From NCBI GenBank assembly GCA_050575255.1, contig JBNZDD010013726.1, positions 8,136,959 through 8,200,958 of the forward strand: 64,000 nucleotides of DNA. Direction: 5' to 3'. This stretch comes from Harriotta raleighana (lineage: Eukaryota). The notes under the pieces were generated by a model. That model saw nothing but the letters and a program-made list of their open reading frames with translations, did not search any database and was not told the DNA's origin. Each line of letters starts with the position of its first letter. Position 1 is the first letter of the stretch. Both the position numbers and the translations under genes were made by a program. Positions 27,601 to 42,600 of this stretch are shown here, piece by piece.

Positions 27601-30600
27601 GCAAAGGCTATTTGAGTACCTTATCAGCTTTGATATGATTTCCATATATTTCTAATCCTTTGCATTGCTTTATCTCTCTCTGAACTTGATTCCTAATAGA
27701 TTTTGTCTGTTTCCTCAGGTCTATTCATTCTTTTTCCTTTTTAAAATTTCCTCTAGGGCTTTCAGTCACTCTTTCTTACTTTGGCTCTTGTATTCTTCTG
27801 CCTCTACTGTGATTCTTTGGTGAATTGGCTGAAAAGTGCAGTATGATTTAGGATTGAGCAGGACAGTCTTGTCAGAATATCCCATCTTATCGCGACTGCA
27901 TAAATACAGTTACGTAAATCAATTTGGACTCTGCTTCGAAGTAATCCCTTAAAAGTTCTTAAGGGACCAGTTTTCATCGTGATTAAAGAACTGATTGTAG
28001 GACTGGATCTTTTAACAACATTAAATACTAACATCCATTATTGGAGCAACACTACTAATGCACGCACTATTGCAGCGTAGACCCAGCCAATGTGATTTTA
28101 AGGAGGAATTATGCATCAGGTTCCCAATCCTAGTTGTTCTACAGTTGTGTAGAACTGTCTGTTCTTTCCTGCTCTCAACCACTGTACATATCCATGCTTT
28201 TTTATCCTCTTACAGCGCTTTCGATTTTCTAGATCTTCCAAGAATCAACAATAGGTTTTTGGAGTACATATTATGACTCCAATGTTTCAGTAGCAGAAGA
28301 ACAGAACAAAGAATTCAGCAAGAAAAGGCCATTCAGTTCAACAAGCTCTGAATCCATTCAAACATATCCTCTCTTAGACCACTTACTTTATGCAGAGGAG
28401 GGAGATATTACATAGATACTCCTAGTACTTTAAAGGTAGTCAAGTTTAAGAATATTTATCCATTCCCACATCTTGTCTAATGAACTGTGAACTGTGGAAT
28501 AATCACCCACTCCAGATCAGAATAACAGAAATCATTGTATCCCTTGGAGAATTTCTCCATCTTATTCTGGCCCTTTTCTTCTATCCTCCAATCCAATTCT
28601 AAAACAAATCCAGATAATTTTGAAAGTGTTCATTGACCCTGCATCAATCACTTTTGTTTGGAGTGAATTTCACAGATCTACTGAATGATACCACATTGAA
28701 CATGGAAACGTTTACTTGCAATTATACTTGTTAATATTTGCCAAGTTCATTATTGTTTACTGAGCAAAAAAGACCAAATGCAAAGGAATGATTTTTTGCC
28801 ATATTGCAAAATATATTTTGACGTATTTCAATACTTTTACATCTTCTGTTAATTATAAACAATTGTAAACAATGCCTGCCTTATTCTACTTCACTGGAGC
28901 TTACATTACGAGCGGAGGCAAGATAAATAATTTCGTTTTCATTAAGATTAAGGGTAAATCTTTCCTCATTTCAACTGATTAAGTTAACTAAAATGGATAT
29001 GTAGAAGATTCTATAATTTATTTATCTATTTCTACCAAACATCCAGTGACAACATGCATGAATAATAATGCAGTGACTCTGTTATTATTGCTGTTGCTAT
29101 GTTGTTATGTAGGGATGTCATTAATGGCCTCCCACGCAATTTCAGGATTCAAAAATAGAACCCCGAGCACACAAGCCATTGCAAAAATAAAAGCAAAGAG
29201 TGTTACAACTGCTCTAAGGCAGTAACATGTGTTTTTCACACACACATAAATACACACAGAGTCAACTCAAGCTATCTGCAAACCTTTCGTTATAATTTGG
29301 TGATAATTATAACAAATGAAAACGGAAATACTTTTACCATTCAGCAAGCATAACATTGTAAAATCTTCTTTGCACTTGAAATTTCACCTCATATAGATTT
29401 TCAGGTCTCTAGTGTAAACACTGATAAATATTTTATCCGGCGACCCGTTCAAAATTTATTCAAACACTACCTAGAGAGAAAAAGGGTTCAACACTGGTTT
29501 TACACCACAATAAATCCAGCACAAGCTCTTTCCATTCCAAGCACAGCATCAGATGAACATTTTTCCATTTTGGCGCAATAATGTGCATTGCTGCAGAAAT
29601 TTCACTTTCTATGTTTTACTGCAATCAACATAGACATTGTCTGTGTAGCTTGCTGAGGAGCTGACTATAAATGAGGTGGCTCAGATTCAAATTAGAGCAA
29701 TGAACTGCCACACCTAATGCAGGTAACATTGTAGATACTGTTTATCTGAGTATTTTTCTACATTGCCGAATTACTGAGAATAATATGTTATAGTTTAAAT
29801 ATGCTCCAATTGAAATGATTTATTTGAATGCTTTGTTACTTATTTGCTTTACACTCTGACACTGTTATTGATTGATTTTTTTCTGAAAATAGATCCTCAG
29901 CTCAATACTATATTGATATGATTCTGCAAAATTTGGGGAAAAACAGATGTGAAATTTCATCCAAGTAATTGAAGCTGATCTTTAAATCTTACACCATTAA
30001 TAGTTCTAATACCCAATAAGCTATTAAAACCTGGTTGACTTAATTTTTTCTAGTTAAACTCAGAATTTAATTAATCTGTAATATCTATGAGCTGGTAAAA
30101 CATGAATTGCATGAATATCTCACACTGGCTCTATAACTTGTTCGGGACAATATGACTGAGATGAATTGCTTACAAAGTATTTTTGCTTTTGTGTCAGAAA
30201 CAAATCAACTCAAACAATGGTTTAGCTTTATATTCCCAAGGTTTATCTTTTTGGATGAAATCCAAAAGCTTTTTAACAAAAATTATAAACTCAACATATT
30301 TTCAAAGACTTATACCTTGGTGAGTGATAATAATCACATTAGATCACAGACTGTCACAAACCCATGCTATGATTGGCCAACATCTGTGCTCCATCTGACA
30401 GCAGATTAGTATTCTTCACACATTTATCCTCTATTTCACAGTCATCTATCTGTACAGCTGGCCTTTACAAATACATACCAGTACATTGACATTTACTCAA
30501 TTACCAACCTTTCAAAATGTAAACCTTGAACCTATTTATGAAGGTGTAATTCTTCTGAAACAATGAACTAATAAATGTGCAACACAATAGATTTTAGTTT

Positions 30601-33600
30601 AAATATAGAATTGAATGCATAATGTCATTTTTCAGACAATTTCCGTTTGTGCGCTTTTAAATCCAATATTTCCAAATTGTGCAAAACAGTGATAAGTAGA
30701 CGTCAAAGATAATGATCTCACCAGATACTCTATTTCATAGATCTATCATGCCTGCTTTTTCTTTCACAGACTTGTTGCTAAATTTTTTAATGTCTGCTAG
30801 AAATTGCTTGTAATTCTTATTGTGAACACAAATCAGAACATAAATGATAAGAGGTAAGATACAAAACCATTAAAATGAACTAAAATATGACAGTGAGATT
30901 TTAGCCCTATGTCAATACAAATAGTATGGTGGCAAATATAAATTATAAGCAGTGAAATCAATAAACACATTGTAAGCCCAATCATTGGCTTTACAATAAA
31001 AAAAAGGTTACCATTGCTGTGGAAAATGAAGACTGAATGTCCTTGTCTAAAAGAGCACGAGATTCTTGTCTGCCTTTATTTAATACAATTATTCTATTCA
31101 ATGTGTCTGTTTCCAGTCTGATTAAAATAGCTTGTGCAGTAGAATTTCAATGCAGAATCAGAAAATCTTTCAGGAATATAGGGTTAAAAATCACACATCA
31201 AACTGTATAACAGATCTTTGAAAAAAACAGATGAACCTATTATTTTTACTGCCATCTAACTTCATAAACTACAGTTTACAATGCCACTGAAATCATTTTT
31301 TGAAAATTAAAGGAATCCCACAGACCACAAAAAAATTACACTGAATTCTTTACACTTAATGCAACTATAAATGTGATTAAATTCATTCTTTTATGTCCTT
31401 TTGTGGAATGGGCTGGCTCTGAAATAATTTAGTTTTTTTTATTACCAATTACAACTTAAATACAATAAAATGAATGGTAATAACTAAGTGTTTTTTTTGC
31501 AAAAATAGGAAAACTTTTCTATTCGACGAACAGGCATATACTCACCATTAGTACTGCAAAGTTACTGAAGCGCATACATTGAATGGTAGTAATATTGCTT
31601 GCAGAACCTGTTAGGTGGCACCCATTAGCACACCAACCATCCAAAAGGTCAAAATCCCAAAATGCTGCAGTGGGATCTGCACCAAGTACAAAGTGCCTCA
31701 GAACAATAGTGATGGGTTTAGTGAGGTTCACAAAGCTGCACCCATCTGCAGAAACAAATTACATTAGGTAAATGGAGTGGAAAAGCTGATGGCTGAATGC
31801 TGTGTACACAGATCTGCAATGTGTTACACTCAAAATGCACGAGATAAAATAAAAATTAACTTGTCTGTTGAAATATCCACATTAAAAACTTACACCTGAA
31901 CGTACTCTAGAACCATAATACAATTACACTTGAATTTAAATGTTCAATTCCGACTTTTCCAAAGTATTCTGTTAAAATGTGCCATATAGAAAAAAAAATG
32001 CTGTCGGACTGTTTGTAGTGAAAAAAACTGCTTTGGTTTCAGCATCTGCTCTTCCAAACTTTACATAATTGATATAGCCTCAATGCATCTCATTGCATGT
32101 TATATAGCTATTACATATGGAGATTGAGATCACGACTGTATTCTGGATGTGGTTGAGGAATTTAAGAATCTTTCCTTCTTGCTTCCACCCACCCCCCAAA
32201 AAAAAACCTTCACAAAAAACGTGGAAGATTAAACATAGAGCCCACATCTATCAATTTCAGAAATGCAGGCTATTTCTCTGATTGTATTCATATATTCTGT
32301 TGCATTGTAAAATACTGCCTCAGTGGCAGGCATGAATACAGAAATCTTCCAGCATGGACAGGATTTTTGAATAAATTGTTCATTGCCAAATGCAACCATT
32401 CATAAAGATAGAAACTGACATTGGAAACTATGAAGCAGCTAAAAATCACTCTAGAAAATACAAACATAGCAATGAATTGAAGGTGAATAACACAACCAGC
32501 AAAATTTTAGCCTCATGCTGCAGTTTTCAAATATCTGAAAGGTAGCATACATAGAAACTGATCTTGAATATTTTCATTTTCATGTCTATCAAAGTAAAAA
32601 TAAAATCTCTAGTACATGCATTGAAACATCAATTTTGTCAAGCTAATGCGGATCATATAAACCACAGAAAGAGTTAACAATTTGTCTTTCAAATAAAAGT
32701 AAAATCTTACCTATTTTAATAAAGACAACAGGAGTCGAAACACACTTGCGTTTCCCATCATCAGCGAGGTTTGACGAGTTTCCTGTCCTGGGAAAGAGTT
32801 TTCCATTCCGAAATACAATAAATTGTAGCTTGCAAGACGAGTTGTCAACAGTGTGTAAGGTTGGGAAATGAGTGAAAATTGCTGGTGGCAACTGAACTGA
32901 TGCCACTGCTATAGTGTTCTGTAGAATTAAAGCAAAGAAGCGAGCAAGACAAATGTGAGTCACAACATTGTTGTTTTCAATATTTTCCTTTGCAGCAGGA
33001 CATATTAACTGTCTCTTTTAGCGGCAGACTGGAAGCTACCAAAAAAAGGAGACATAACCAAGGGAATTCGTATAATTCAGTGCATTTTAACAAACAGTGA
33101 ATTTCCATTGCCTGACAGAGCTTTTTTGGTCAAGATCCCTGCTGCAGAGGTGAGAATGGTTCCTACCATCCATGCTCGAGGGTTACATCAACACTGCAGA
33201 TCTTATTTAAAGAGACAAACTACCAGGTTTTTACTCTTCACTTACAATAGAATCAGACAACTCAAATACAAAGAAGAATTTCTGAAAGGTTGTACAGAAA
33301 TGTTTTTTTTCCCTTTTAATACAAAATAATGCTTATAATACAATATATCCTATCAAACTGAACAGAGAATAAAACTTCATCTGAATTGTTCGATTTCAGA
33401 TACCATTCACGTACCTCGTACGCAGTTCCTTGATTTCCTCCAAATTAACAAATATATATTTGAGAATGGAACCTGCCACAATAATCAACAATAAATGGCA
33501 CATCAGAGACAAGAGTTCCACACAGTGTACCATCATTAGGAAACTAATGAAATATTTATATCAACCAAGAATCATTGCACTTTTTAAAATGTACTTATTG

Positions 33601-36600
33601 AATCGTCAAAGCAAAAGCTTCAAACTAAAGTTTCAGCGGAATCATTTTCTACATATAAAATACATATTCAGTCAGCGATTGCTGTCTCTGACGTGACATT
33701 TTATTTGGACCAAATTGGAATGGCGATTTGATAAAAGCTCAGCAGCAGCTGCGTTTGTTTTGTAGGACAAATTTTACCTATTTAATGAATTCTGACATTA
33801 AAAAACAGGAGTGACTATTCGGTACAGGCATTTACAAACTGGCAATGCAGAAATGTTGTGGTCTCCCAGCATGACATTGTGTGCAACCCAGTCTCAGTAT
33901 TGAGCCCTATCTAACCCTATCTATCCCTTGCTCACAGAAGCCATTAAAATGGAGTACATGTGAAACAATTTTGCATTTAATTAATTGCAATTCAGAGGCG
34001 ATTCACCAAGATACAAGCGAACAAGGAGGTTAGGCGACCTGTAACTTACAGCCTATGCATTGTGAGACTGATTTGGTTCTACCCAGGAGTGTTGTGCATC
34101 CTTCTAGCTGAAACAAGAAAGGGTGGCACTCAAGCACAGAGTAGCAACGAAGCTGAAAAAATATTGACCACTGGAACTACTTGGGAAGTTGGAACTACAT
34201 TCAACAGGGCACCAGAAAATCAGAGGTTCAAATCAGATAACTCTATGGACGGGGTTAAGTCAACACCATATCAGTAGGAATATTCAAGAGACTGACACAA
34301 TTAACTATATCCTTCCAGTGTATTGTGAAATGTTATGGATAGAACAGGTTTTTAAAGTTCAAAAGAGAGCTTATTCCCAAATGTCATTTGAATTGTCAAA
34401 GATAAGGCTTATCCGCTTTCTCAAAGTGTCAACTTGAGCTGCCTCAAACCAAAGCAATTTCAAAAAGCAAATGTTCCAGGTCTTTTTCGAATTCTGACAA
34501 AGAGCCACGGCTCTTCTCCTTGTTGTATAAGTCACAGAATCACGGTCAATTTAATAAGACACACCAGCACTGCTTCTCAGCAGGAATACTCAAACAACCC
34601 ATAGGCAAATGCTACAAAAAGTATCTGGCAACTGAATAATTCTCTGACCATTCGCACCCCACGTGATTTTCTATTTTTGATAGCAGCAAAATTGCTTACC
34701 AGCCAGTTGACCTGACAAATCTTCAGATAGTATATATCCCTCCCCTTTTGGTATACAATGTCAAGAGCAACAGTGAACATTGCATGCCATTCACATACCC
34801 AGTATTGTGAGATCAGATTTGGATATACAAACTCCTTCATGTCTTCTCTTGGCTGCTCAGGCACCACAGGGAATGGAAACGGAATACTGATTCCTTAATG
34901 CGCTTTGTCTTTGTATTATAAAATTTGAATATTTTAAACAAATATCAGCAGGTAGAATAGTATAATTAATAGGATATATTTAGCTTACATTTGGCAAAAG
35001 TATGATTCTGTAATCAAATTTTCGATTTGATGTGCTGATCTTTGAAATCGCTCTTCTGCAGCAGACTGATTAATATCAGCCTCATGCACTGGGAACTATT
35101 ATTTCATCTTTATTGCAAACGCATAGCCACCACACGTTCTGCATTTGAATCCGATGAAAACATCTGTAGGTTTTTTTTCCCCCTTAAAAAGTAGTTTCAA
35201 CCAAAGAATGTTTTTTATGTGATCTCGAGATAGAAAGCGCTTTCCCTCATAAGATTTACTGTTTCATTTCAAATAATGCATCCATCTACTTACGTACAGC
35301 TGATATATTTGAGTCACATTTTGTTCTTTGGTGGATGCATGTCAATATTACTAACGTGACATGGAAAATGCATGATTTTACAGCATCAGTGCCAAGATGT
35401 GCCACGTATAAAATTAAAATTAAATGACATTGAGAATTCCAGCAGATTGTATTGGTACAACCATAATGCCTTCAGTGTCATTTTTCTGTTATCATTACTC
35501 ACGTACAGGAATTAGAAACTGCAGTACTGTTACCATGACAACCAGCTGCCTCTCACATACACTATCAATTTGAATTTGTACCGAGTATTTCCGATACAGC
35601 ATTCAGCCAGAAAAAAAAAACGGAGGTAGGAAAAAAATATCCTCGCACCATTTCAACCTTATTTAACCATAATTGAAAACGTACGAGGCTTAAATGCTTA
35701 AGTGTCCACTTTCATTGCAATTTGTAATTCAATAGCTGTGTGGGAAAACAATAAAGGTTTGTTATCCCTTTGTTTTTTTTCCGCATACCTGTTTGCATGA
35801 CTGCCCAATTGTTTATACAATAAAACGAAGCGGAAGCTTTTAATGTAGCCACAATGAAATATTAATTTGTGACCCATCTTCCACCCACCCAATTTGCTAT
35901 CTGTTGATTTGATATTCACAGTGCTGGTAGTTTATTCAACGTGCATTGATATTGCACTGTTGTGGACCAGACGTACACTTCTCCTGTCAAATGCTATTAT
36001 AGGTCATTAATGTATCATATCGAAAATTACACCACCACTAACCTCACAACCTCCTATGTTAAAATGTTGAGTACAGTTTAGCTACTGCATTAACTGAGTT
36101 CAGAATAAGTTAAAATTCTGCTAGTCAATATTTATAATATTATAAATATTATATTTATTATATTCTTAGATTTTAAAATGATTCCAAAGAGGATGTNAAG
36201 TTTAGCTACCGCATTAACTGAGTTCAGAATAAGTTAAAATTCTGCTAGTCAGGTTATTATATTTATTATATTCTTAGATTTTAAAATGATTCCAAAGAGG
36301 ATGTAAAAATACACAGTAATTACAATTAACAGTAAAATAATACCCAAAATATCACCTTATGCAGATGATCAAAGATCCATTGAAACTGCTATTATAATAA
36401 TAATCCTTGCATTTGATATAGCGCTTTTCACGTCTTCTAAATGTCTCAAACGCTTCACAGAATATACTGTAAATTGAATTGTCTATATACTTCGGGTCTC
36501 TTACTCACCCCCAAATGATCAGAATGGCAATGACATCATAGCTATTTGTACTGAATAATGCATCACCACATAACCAGGCGAAGCTGTTGGTACATATATC

Positions 36601-39600
36601 GCTTTCTCTTTTATGTAATATGGGTTTCCTAACCACATGTGTAGGTACACAACTGATTTGCAACGATTTGAACAACACAACTTTCATTTGTATAGCGCTC
36701 TTCACGAGAGATAGGGTCCCAGAGCATTACGCAGTGCCAGAGTCTGACAACCAGCCATGGAGAGAGGGAGGGTGGTGGAGAGGTGACCATGAACACAATC
36801 GAAAAGGAAGGACTTTGGTCTCCAGGAATTTTGTTCACAACTAAAAATGAGCAGCAGTATGGATGTGTGTTTTTTTTTCCTGGAGTAAAACTGACCTACA
36901 TATATCTGATCAAGGTTAGGAAATACAAGACCTGTGACAACTGACCTCTACAAGCACCACTCATTGCAACTTGGGGTGTGGAAGTACATAGAAGCAAAAA
37001 GCTAGAGGGAAAAGAGAAATTGCAAATCGTGTTTCTCCCTCTCTGGGATGTGTTGGTCAGTGCCTCCACTTGGGGATAGGCCTGAGATCAGGAAGTCATT
37101 GTTCTTGATAATCGGTGTTCAAACTTATATCCTATCAATCCACATGTACATGATAGTTTGACTAAAGAACATTGTTCATAATACTGAAGTAATAAAGAAC
37201 CTTGGAGTAACAAGTAAAAACAGTTTCAATACTATAAAGCTTTTGGGAAAGAAAGTGACAGAATTTAGATCAAAAAGTAGTAAATGGACAGGATGCAGCA
37301 CAATTTCAGTCAATCAAATACCTTGGAACAAATTGTATTTCTAATTCTGGCTGTTTTCACTATAGTCGAGTGCCATACATTTTAGTTTATTGAAACATTT
37401 GGGCAGTGTGTTTATATTTTAAGCACATTAGAACGATTTGACAAAAAATATCTAATTTAGATACTGAATGTTAAGTTTGCTGTGCAGGGAAATAAAACTA
37501 ACATAGTATACCTTCCCACAATAAAGAGGTCATTGTACAGTATTTGGATATTAGAAATTGTGCAACAATGAATTCTAGGTCAAATTTAAACTACAGTAAT
37601 CATAAATAAAATTACAGATAGATTTGAGATGCCAGAAGTGCAATGTTTAATAAAATTCACCAAATACTCGTTTAATACAAACAGAAAGTTGTAATCCTGT
37701 TTCAGTAGTAGCAAGCAGAAGTAATCTTGCTTGCTCAGTCTCAATATAAGATGAATGAATGTTTATTCATTGTAGCTACTGTATTACATTCATTCGATTG
37801 TCATTGGAGATTTCAACAGTGCTGATGATCGTGATAGCAAAAGATATTGTCATGCCATAGTACATTTTGCTTAAAGTGTAATTATATCCTTAAAGGACAC
37901 CACGCTATATCCACTCAGAAATAAATATTGTGTATTCAGTGCTTCAATGAAAATAATTCTAATGATTGTACTGTATGATTTTGTACCAGGCACTGCTTGG
38001 GAAAGGATAGCAATCTTCACGAGAAGATGGGGTGAAGAGGTGCCAGTTGGCATAGGGTGGAGGATTGGAAGACTGAAGAATCCAATTGATAATCACAGGG
38101 ATCCAGACTTCCATATGCCTTTCTTGGATGCGATCTTCAACTGTCTGCCTGTTCTAGTTATTCAAGTGGACTGTAATTTGGAAGGAAGTTGTGAGTTCAC
38201 CCAGTGACCTAGACAATATTCTTGCTTGTCAAAATGCACAAAAATAGCTTAAATTTGATCATTTGTCTCATTGCTGTTTTAGGGTTGTTGTCAGTGCTGA
38301 TTAGCTGCCACATTTGCCTACACAACAAAATAAAATCATATTCATTCTGTGAATTTTGAGACATTGACATAATGAGGTGTTGAAATCAAGTATTTTGTTA
38401 TTTGTTCTTATTCATGGAGGTTGACGGAGCACAAGTACCATAATGAGCAGTAAACTTATTGCTATTTGAATTATTCGAAAAGGTCTGCTGGCTATTGCAG
38501 AGACTCCTCTATCCAGATATGTGGTACTAACTCTCCAAACGAGTAATAAAATAGAGTGGCAGCAGCAGTAAAGACATCACTAATGAATGCTCCCACTTTT
38601 GGAAGAAGGTGATTGGGTCCAAACTCCAAGTTGCATTCAAGGTTGTGGCAACTCTGGGAGAATGACACAACTGCTTCCCACTCTCTTCCTGCAGTGGCTA
38701 GTCTGCCTATCTCCATGTTCATGGCTATGCCTCGATCAATCGATGACTTATGGCCACCTTCTCTGGAGCATATTAAAAGACGCCCCATGAATAATCGAAC
38801 TATCTGAATTATTGTTTCAATGCTCACATATACATGGTTGTTGCTTGTAATGTCTGGTGTACAGAAACTGTGCAAAGTAATACAAGTCCCATGTCTCCCA
38901 ATAGCCTGCTGTCCACCATTTCTTCCATTTCAAACAGCTGTGGGATAGTTAATGCCCTCAGGAGGAAAGTACCATGTGTTCTACCCGGGAACTAAGCATC
39001 TGCATCCATAATTATTCTGCAGTAGTCAAAAAACATCTGCATACTGATATGCCCTGTGGTGTAAGTACTGTATGTTAAGAGGTTTGCACTGGGCATCTGA
39101 ATTGCTAAGTATGTCCAGTCAATAACACTAAACTGTTGGAAAGTTTCCTATCACTCTGGTATATGTGCCGCATTGCTTTTCTTATTCACCAAAACCCAAA
39201 TTCCTGCAATGTTTCCTATGGGTGTCCATAAAGAAGAAGGAAAAAAGGGATTCATTGCCACTGGTTGTTTAGTTCTGCCATTCTTTTTACAGCAGATGAT
39301 ACAGTTCCAGAGATTACAGAGATTGTCAGATCATTTCTACAGGATATCAAACTTTCCAATAGAGCATTACGACTGCTTGCATTTAATCATCCAGATGCTC
39401 TCTCACTATCTTTTTTCCTTCTTGATCTCTTGGCCGTTTTCGACACTGGGGCCTCTATTGCTCTCCATTGCCTCTCTGCTCAGTTCCACCTTTACGATTC
39501 TGTCCTTGCTTCATCCTTTTCTTACCTTTCAAATCATCTCCATTTTGTATCTACTTCTCCTCTAGCCCTAGCATTGTCACATGCGGTGATCCCCAGGGCT

Positions 39601-42600
39601 CTGTTCCTTAGTCCTCCCCTTTACAACATCCTCATGCTCCTGCTCAGAGATAGTCACAGGGATAACTTTCACAGCCAACTCTATCTCTCTGCTTCCACTC
39701 TCGACTCCAGGACCACCGCTGTGTTTATCAGACACCAAGTCCTGGATGAGAGCCAATTTTCTCCAGTTAAATGATTTCACAGCCATGTGAAGATTTTTGG
39801 ACTGATGTTACTGGAATTCATGTAAATTCATACTTTTGATATCCTACTTGATCTTATGATCATATCGCAATATATTGGACTTTGAATGTGTTTTAACATA
39901 TTCCAGCATTGTCTCAAGGCTCCCCAAAGGACAAAATATATTGTAAAACATGAGATCATCTACAAATGAGGAAGAAGAATCTCAGATCAGCTAGCTTCCA
40001 GCAAGAATCAGATATCTGAGTGGGTCAAATAATTATTAACTCAGTTTAATCTTTCATTGTCCCCAAAGGGTATAAAAATCAAGGGCTTTTTTATGATTAA
40101 TAAATGAACTGTCTTAAAGTGATATTTGGAAGAGGAACATACACCTAAATAAATGAAACCAAAACAGTAGACATTAATCATTCTGCCTTGTCTTATTTAG
40201 TTCAATAACTTTTGTACATGTTTCTATTTTCTTCCAGTTTAGCAACATAAACCATTGTTCGAAAAGAACAATTATCCTGCTTAATTCTAATTTAAGATAC
40301 ACAAATGTATATTGCAAGCCATCTACAGCATTGTTTCTAGAAACAGCTAGACAAATGTAAAGTTATTTTCAAAAAATATATTCTTTCTCTATGAATCCAT
40401 TGAGATGGCGATCTCCACTCTGTGATATGATTCAAAGCGACTCACATTTATCCAACTTTTCCTGTTACATCAGATCAAAGGTTGCTTCTATAGAATTTCT
40501 GTCCTGATAACAATGTTCGATATGCTATGTGAGCTCAAGGATAACATCTCAGACTAATTTCTTTGGGAACACTTTCAGATTTTAGAGCATTTTCTTTGTG
40601 ATTTCCTAGTATCTTTCATGACTTTTATTCATAGAAGCAGAGCTGCGTTGTGGCCTGCTTTCCCACTTTGTATCCAAATACACCAAGTACTGTATATTTG
40701 TGCTTTTCACAAATCAGTTAAATGACTGAGCAGTTCACATACAATGTTGCACAAAATTTTAATACAGTGGTTGAAAATGCTGGAGAAAAATCAGTTATTT
40801 CACTTTGCATCCGGTGAATTCAAAACCTTTTTATGAATCAATATAAGTCAATGGAAATATTGGATACCTCAGGCTTTCCCAACACAATTCCAGCCTCATA
40901 AAAGAGCTGTTTGACTTCAAAAATAAAAGTTATCTTGACAATGAACTGCTGAATCAGGAATGTTTTGTACATTAGAACTAAATTAAAGTTGCAATGGATT
41001 TTGCCTTCAGATAAAATGTTAAAATTGAGGTTTACCCATCTGGCTGTTTAGGTAGACATGAAATATTCTATGATATGATTCAAAATGAGAAGCAACTTTT
41101 AGTCCTGGCTAACAATCCCTTGGATAAAATTGGTTATCACTTTATGACTGTTTATGGAATCTCGATGTAGGTAAATTGCCTGCAAAATATATAGTCACTA
41201 CCCTTCACAATAATTCCCGTGAATCACTTCCATAAATCCTCCCAACATAAAATGCAAGGTTTATTATTCTGAAAAAGTGCCTTTGTGACACTGTTTGATT
41301 ATCAATGGTGTTTGTTGTTAATATAAATGTAATATTTCATTTAATTTTGCAACTACAGTTTTCAACATTTTAAATTTGTTTCATGTTTTGCAAATGCAAT
41401 GGCGCGGAGAGATTTCCATGTAAAGAAATAGCATTACTTTCACTGGTCATCTTTGATGTTGAATANAGAGAGATTTCCACCATGTAAAGAAATAGCATTA
41501 CTTTCACTGGTCATCTTTGATGTTGAATAACCTGAAGACTGTTCAATTTGGAGGAAGGTTAAATAAAAATATCTTGCTGGTGGTTTGCGGAGGTCTCAAT
41601 ATTAAAGGATGCTGATCATCAGGAAATTCCTAGTGGCCATAATTCTGTAACACAAAACTCCTCATCATTTTGCCTGTGCACTTTATAGTGAATTGCCTGT
41701 CATGTTTTATTTAAGGTTGAATAGGGCGAAGAATACAAGCTTTTGGCACTCGTTGTTGTATAAAATGTGTTAAATAGCAATTGTGCCTCTAAATCGGAAG
41801 ATTGTCAGTTCAAGCCCCATGTTGGGATTTTTACCTCACAGTCTAAACTTACTTTCCAATTCAGTTTTGTGGACACTGCATTCAAATGAGATGTTAGACT
41901 GTTTAGGGGCTCATTGGAAATGCTATTTAAAAAGAGATCGGAGCTTGTCCAGAGTGCCCTGTTTAACAATCTAAGATAAAATTGCTTATTGGCTTTATGG
42001 CAATTTGTGGGAATTTATTGTACATAAAATTGGCTGATGCATTTGCCTACAAGTACATAGTCTTTCCATTGGAATTTTAAATACATGACATTTTCTGAAG
42101 CATTTAGAGATGTTGACAATATGATAAGGTGTATTTCAAGTTTATTAGATAATTATATTATATATAAAAAGCCACCTATCTGTACAGTGTAATAAATGAT
42201 ATAATTATCTAAAACAGGAGCCAGAAAATCCCATTTAGCCCAAACAGCTAAAAACAAATTAAAAGTATTTTAAAACCTGGATCATATCTCCTTTGATTTT
42301 TCCTCTTTAATAAATTATATGTGAATTGTTCTTAACATTTCTTTAAATCTCTTCTAATGCAACAAAAGATTTTATCTTGTACCAAAGAATAAAAGTAACA
42401 ATCTTTTTGTTATGTCTTCATAATGAGATCACTGTTTTTAGTGATTCCAGTGTCCTTTACTAGTTAAGATGCTCTTAAAATACAGTACACTGAAGAATGT
42501 CAGTCTATGAGAAAATAAAAAGCACAGTGATCAACCAAACATTTCAGTCACCCTCCTTCCCCTCTCTTCGCAATCCTGACCCCATCTGTCCAGCGCCTAG

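Noticed and set aside
37870-38880. Cluster of 60-127 aa ORFs; [10 protein letters not shown] is faintly like a Gypsy integrase C-terminus
   Set aside because: Multiple stops and no RT or integrase core motif; too weak to call.
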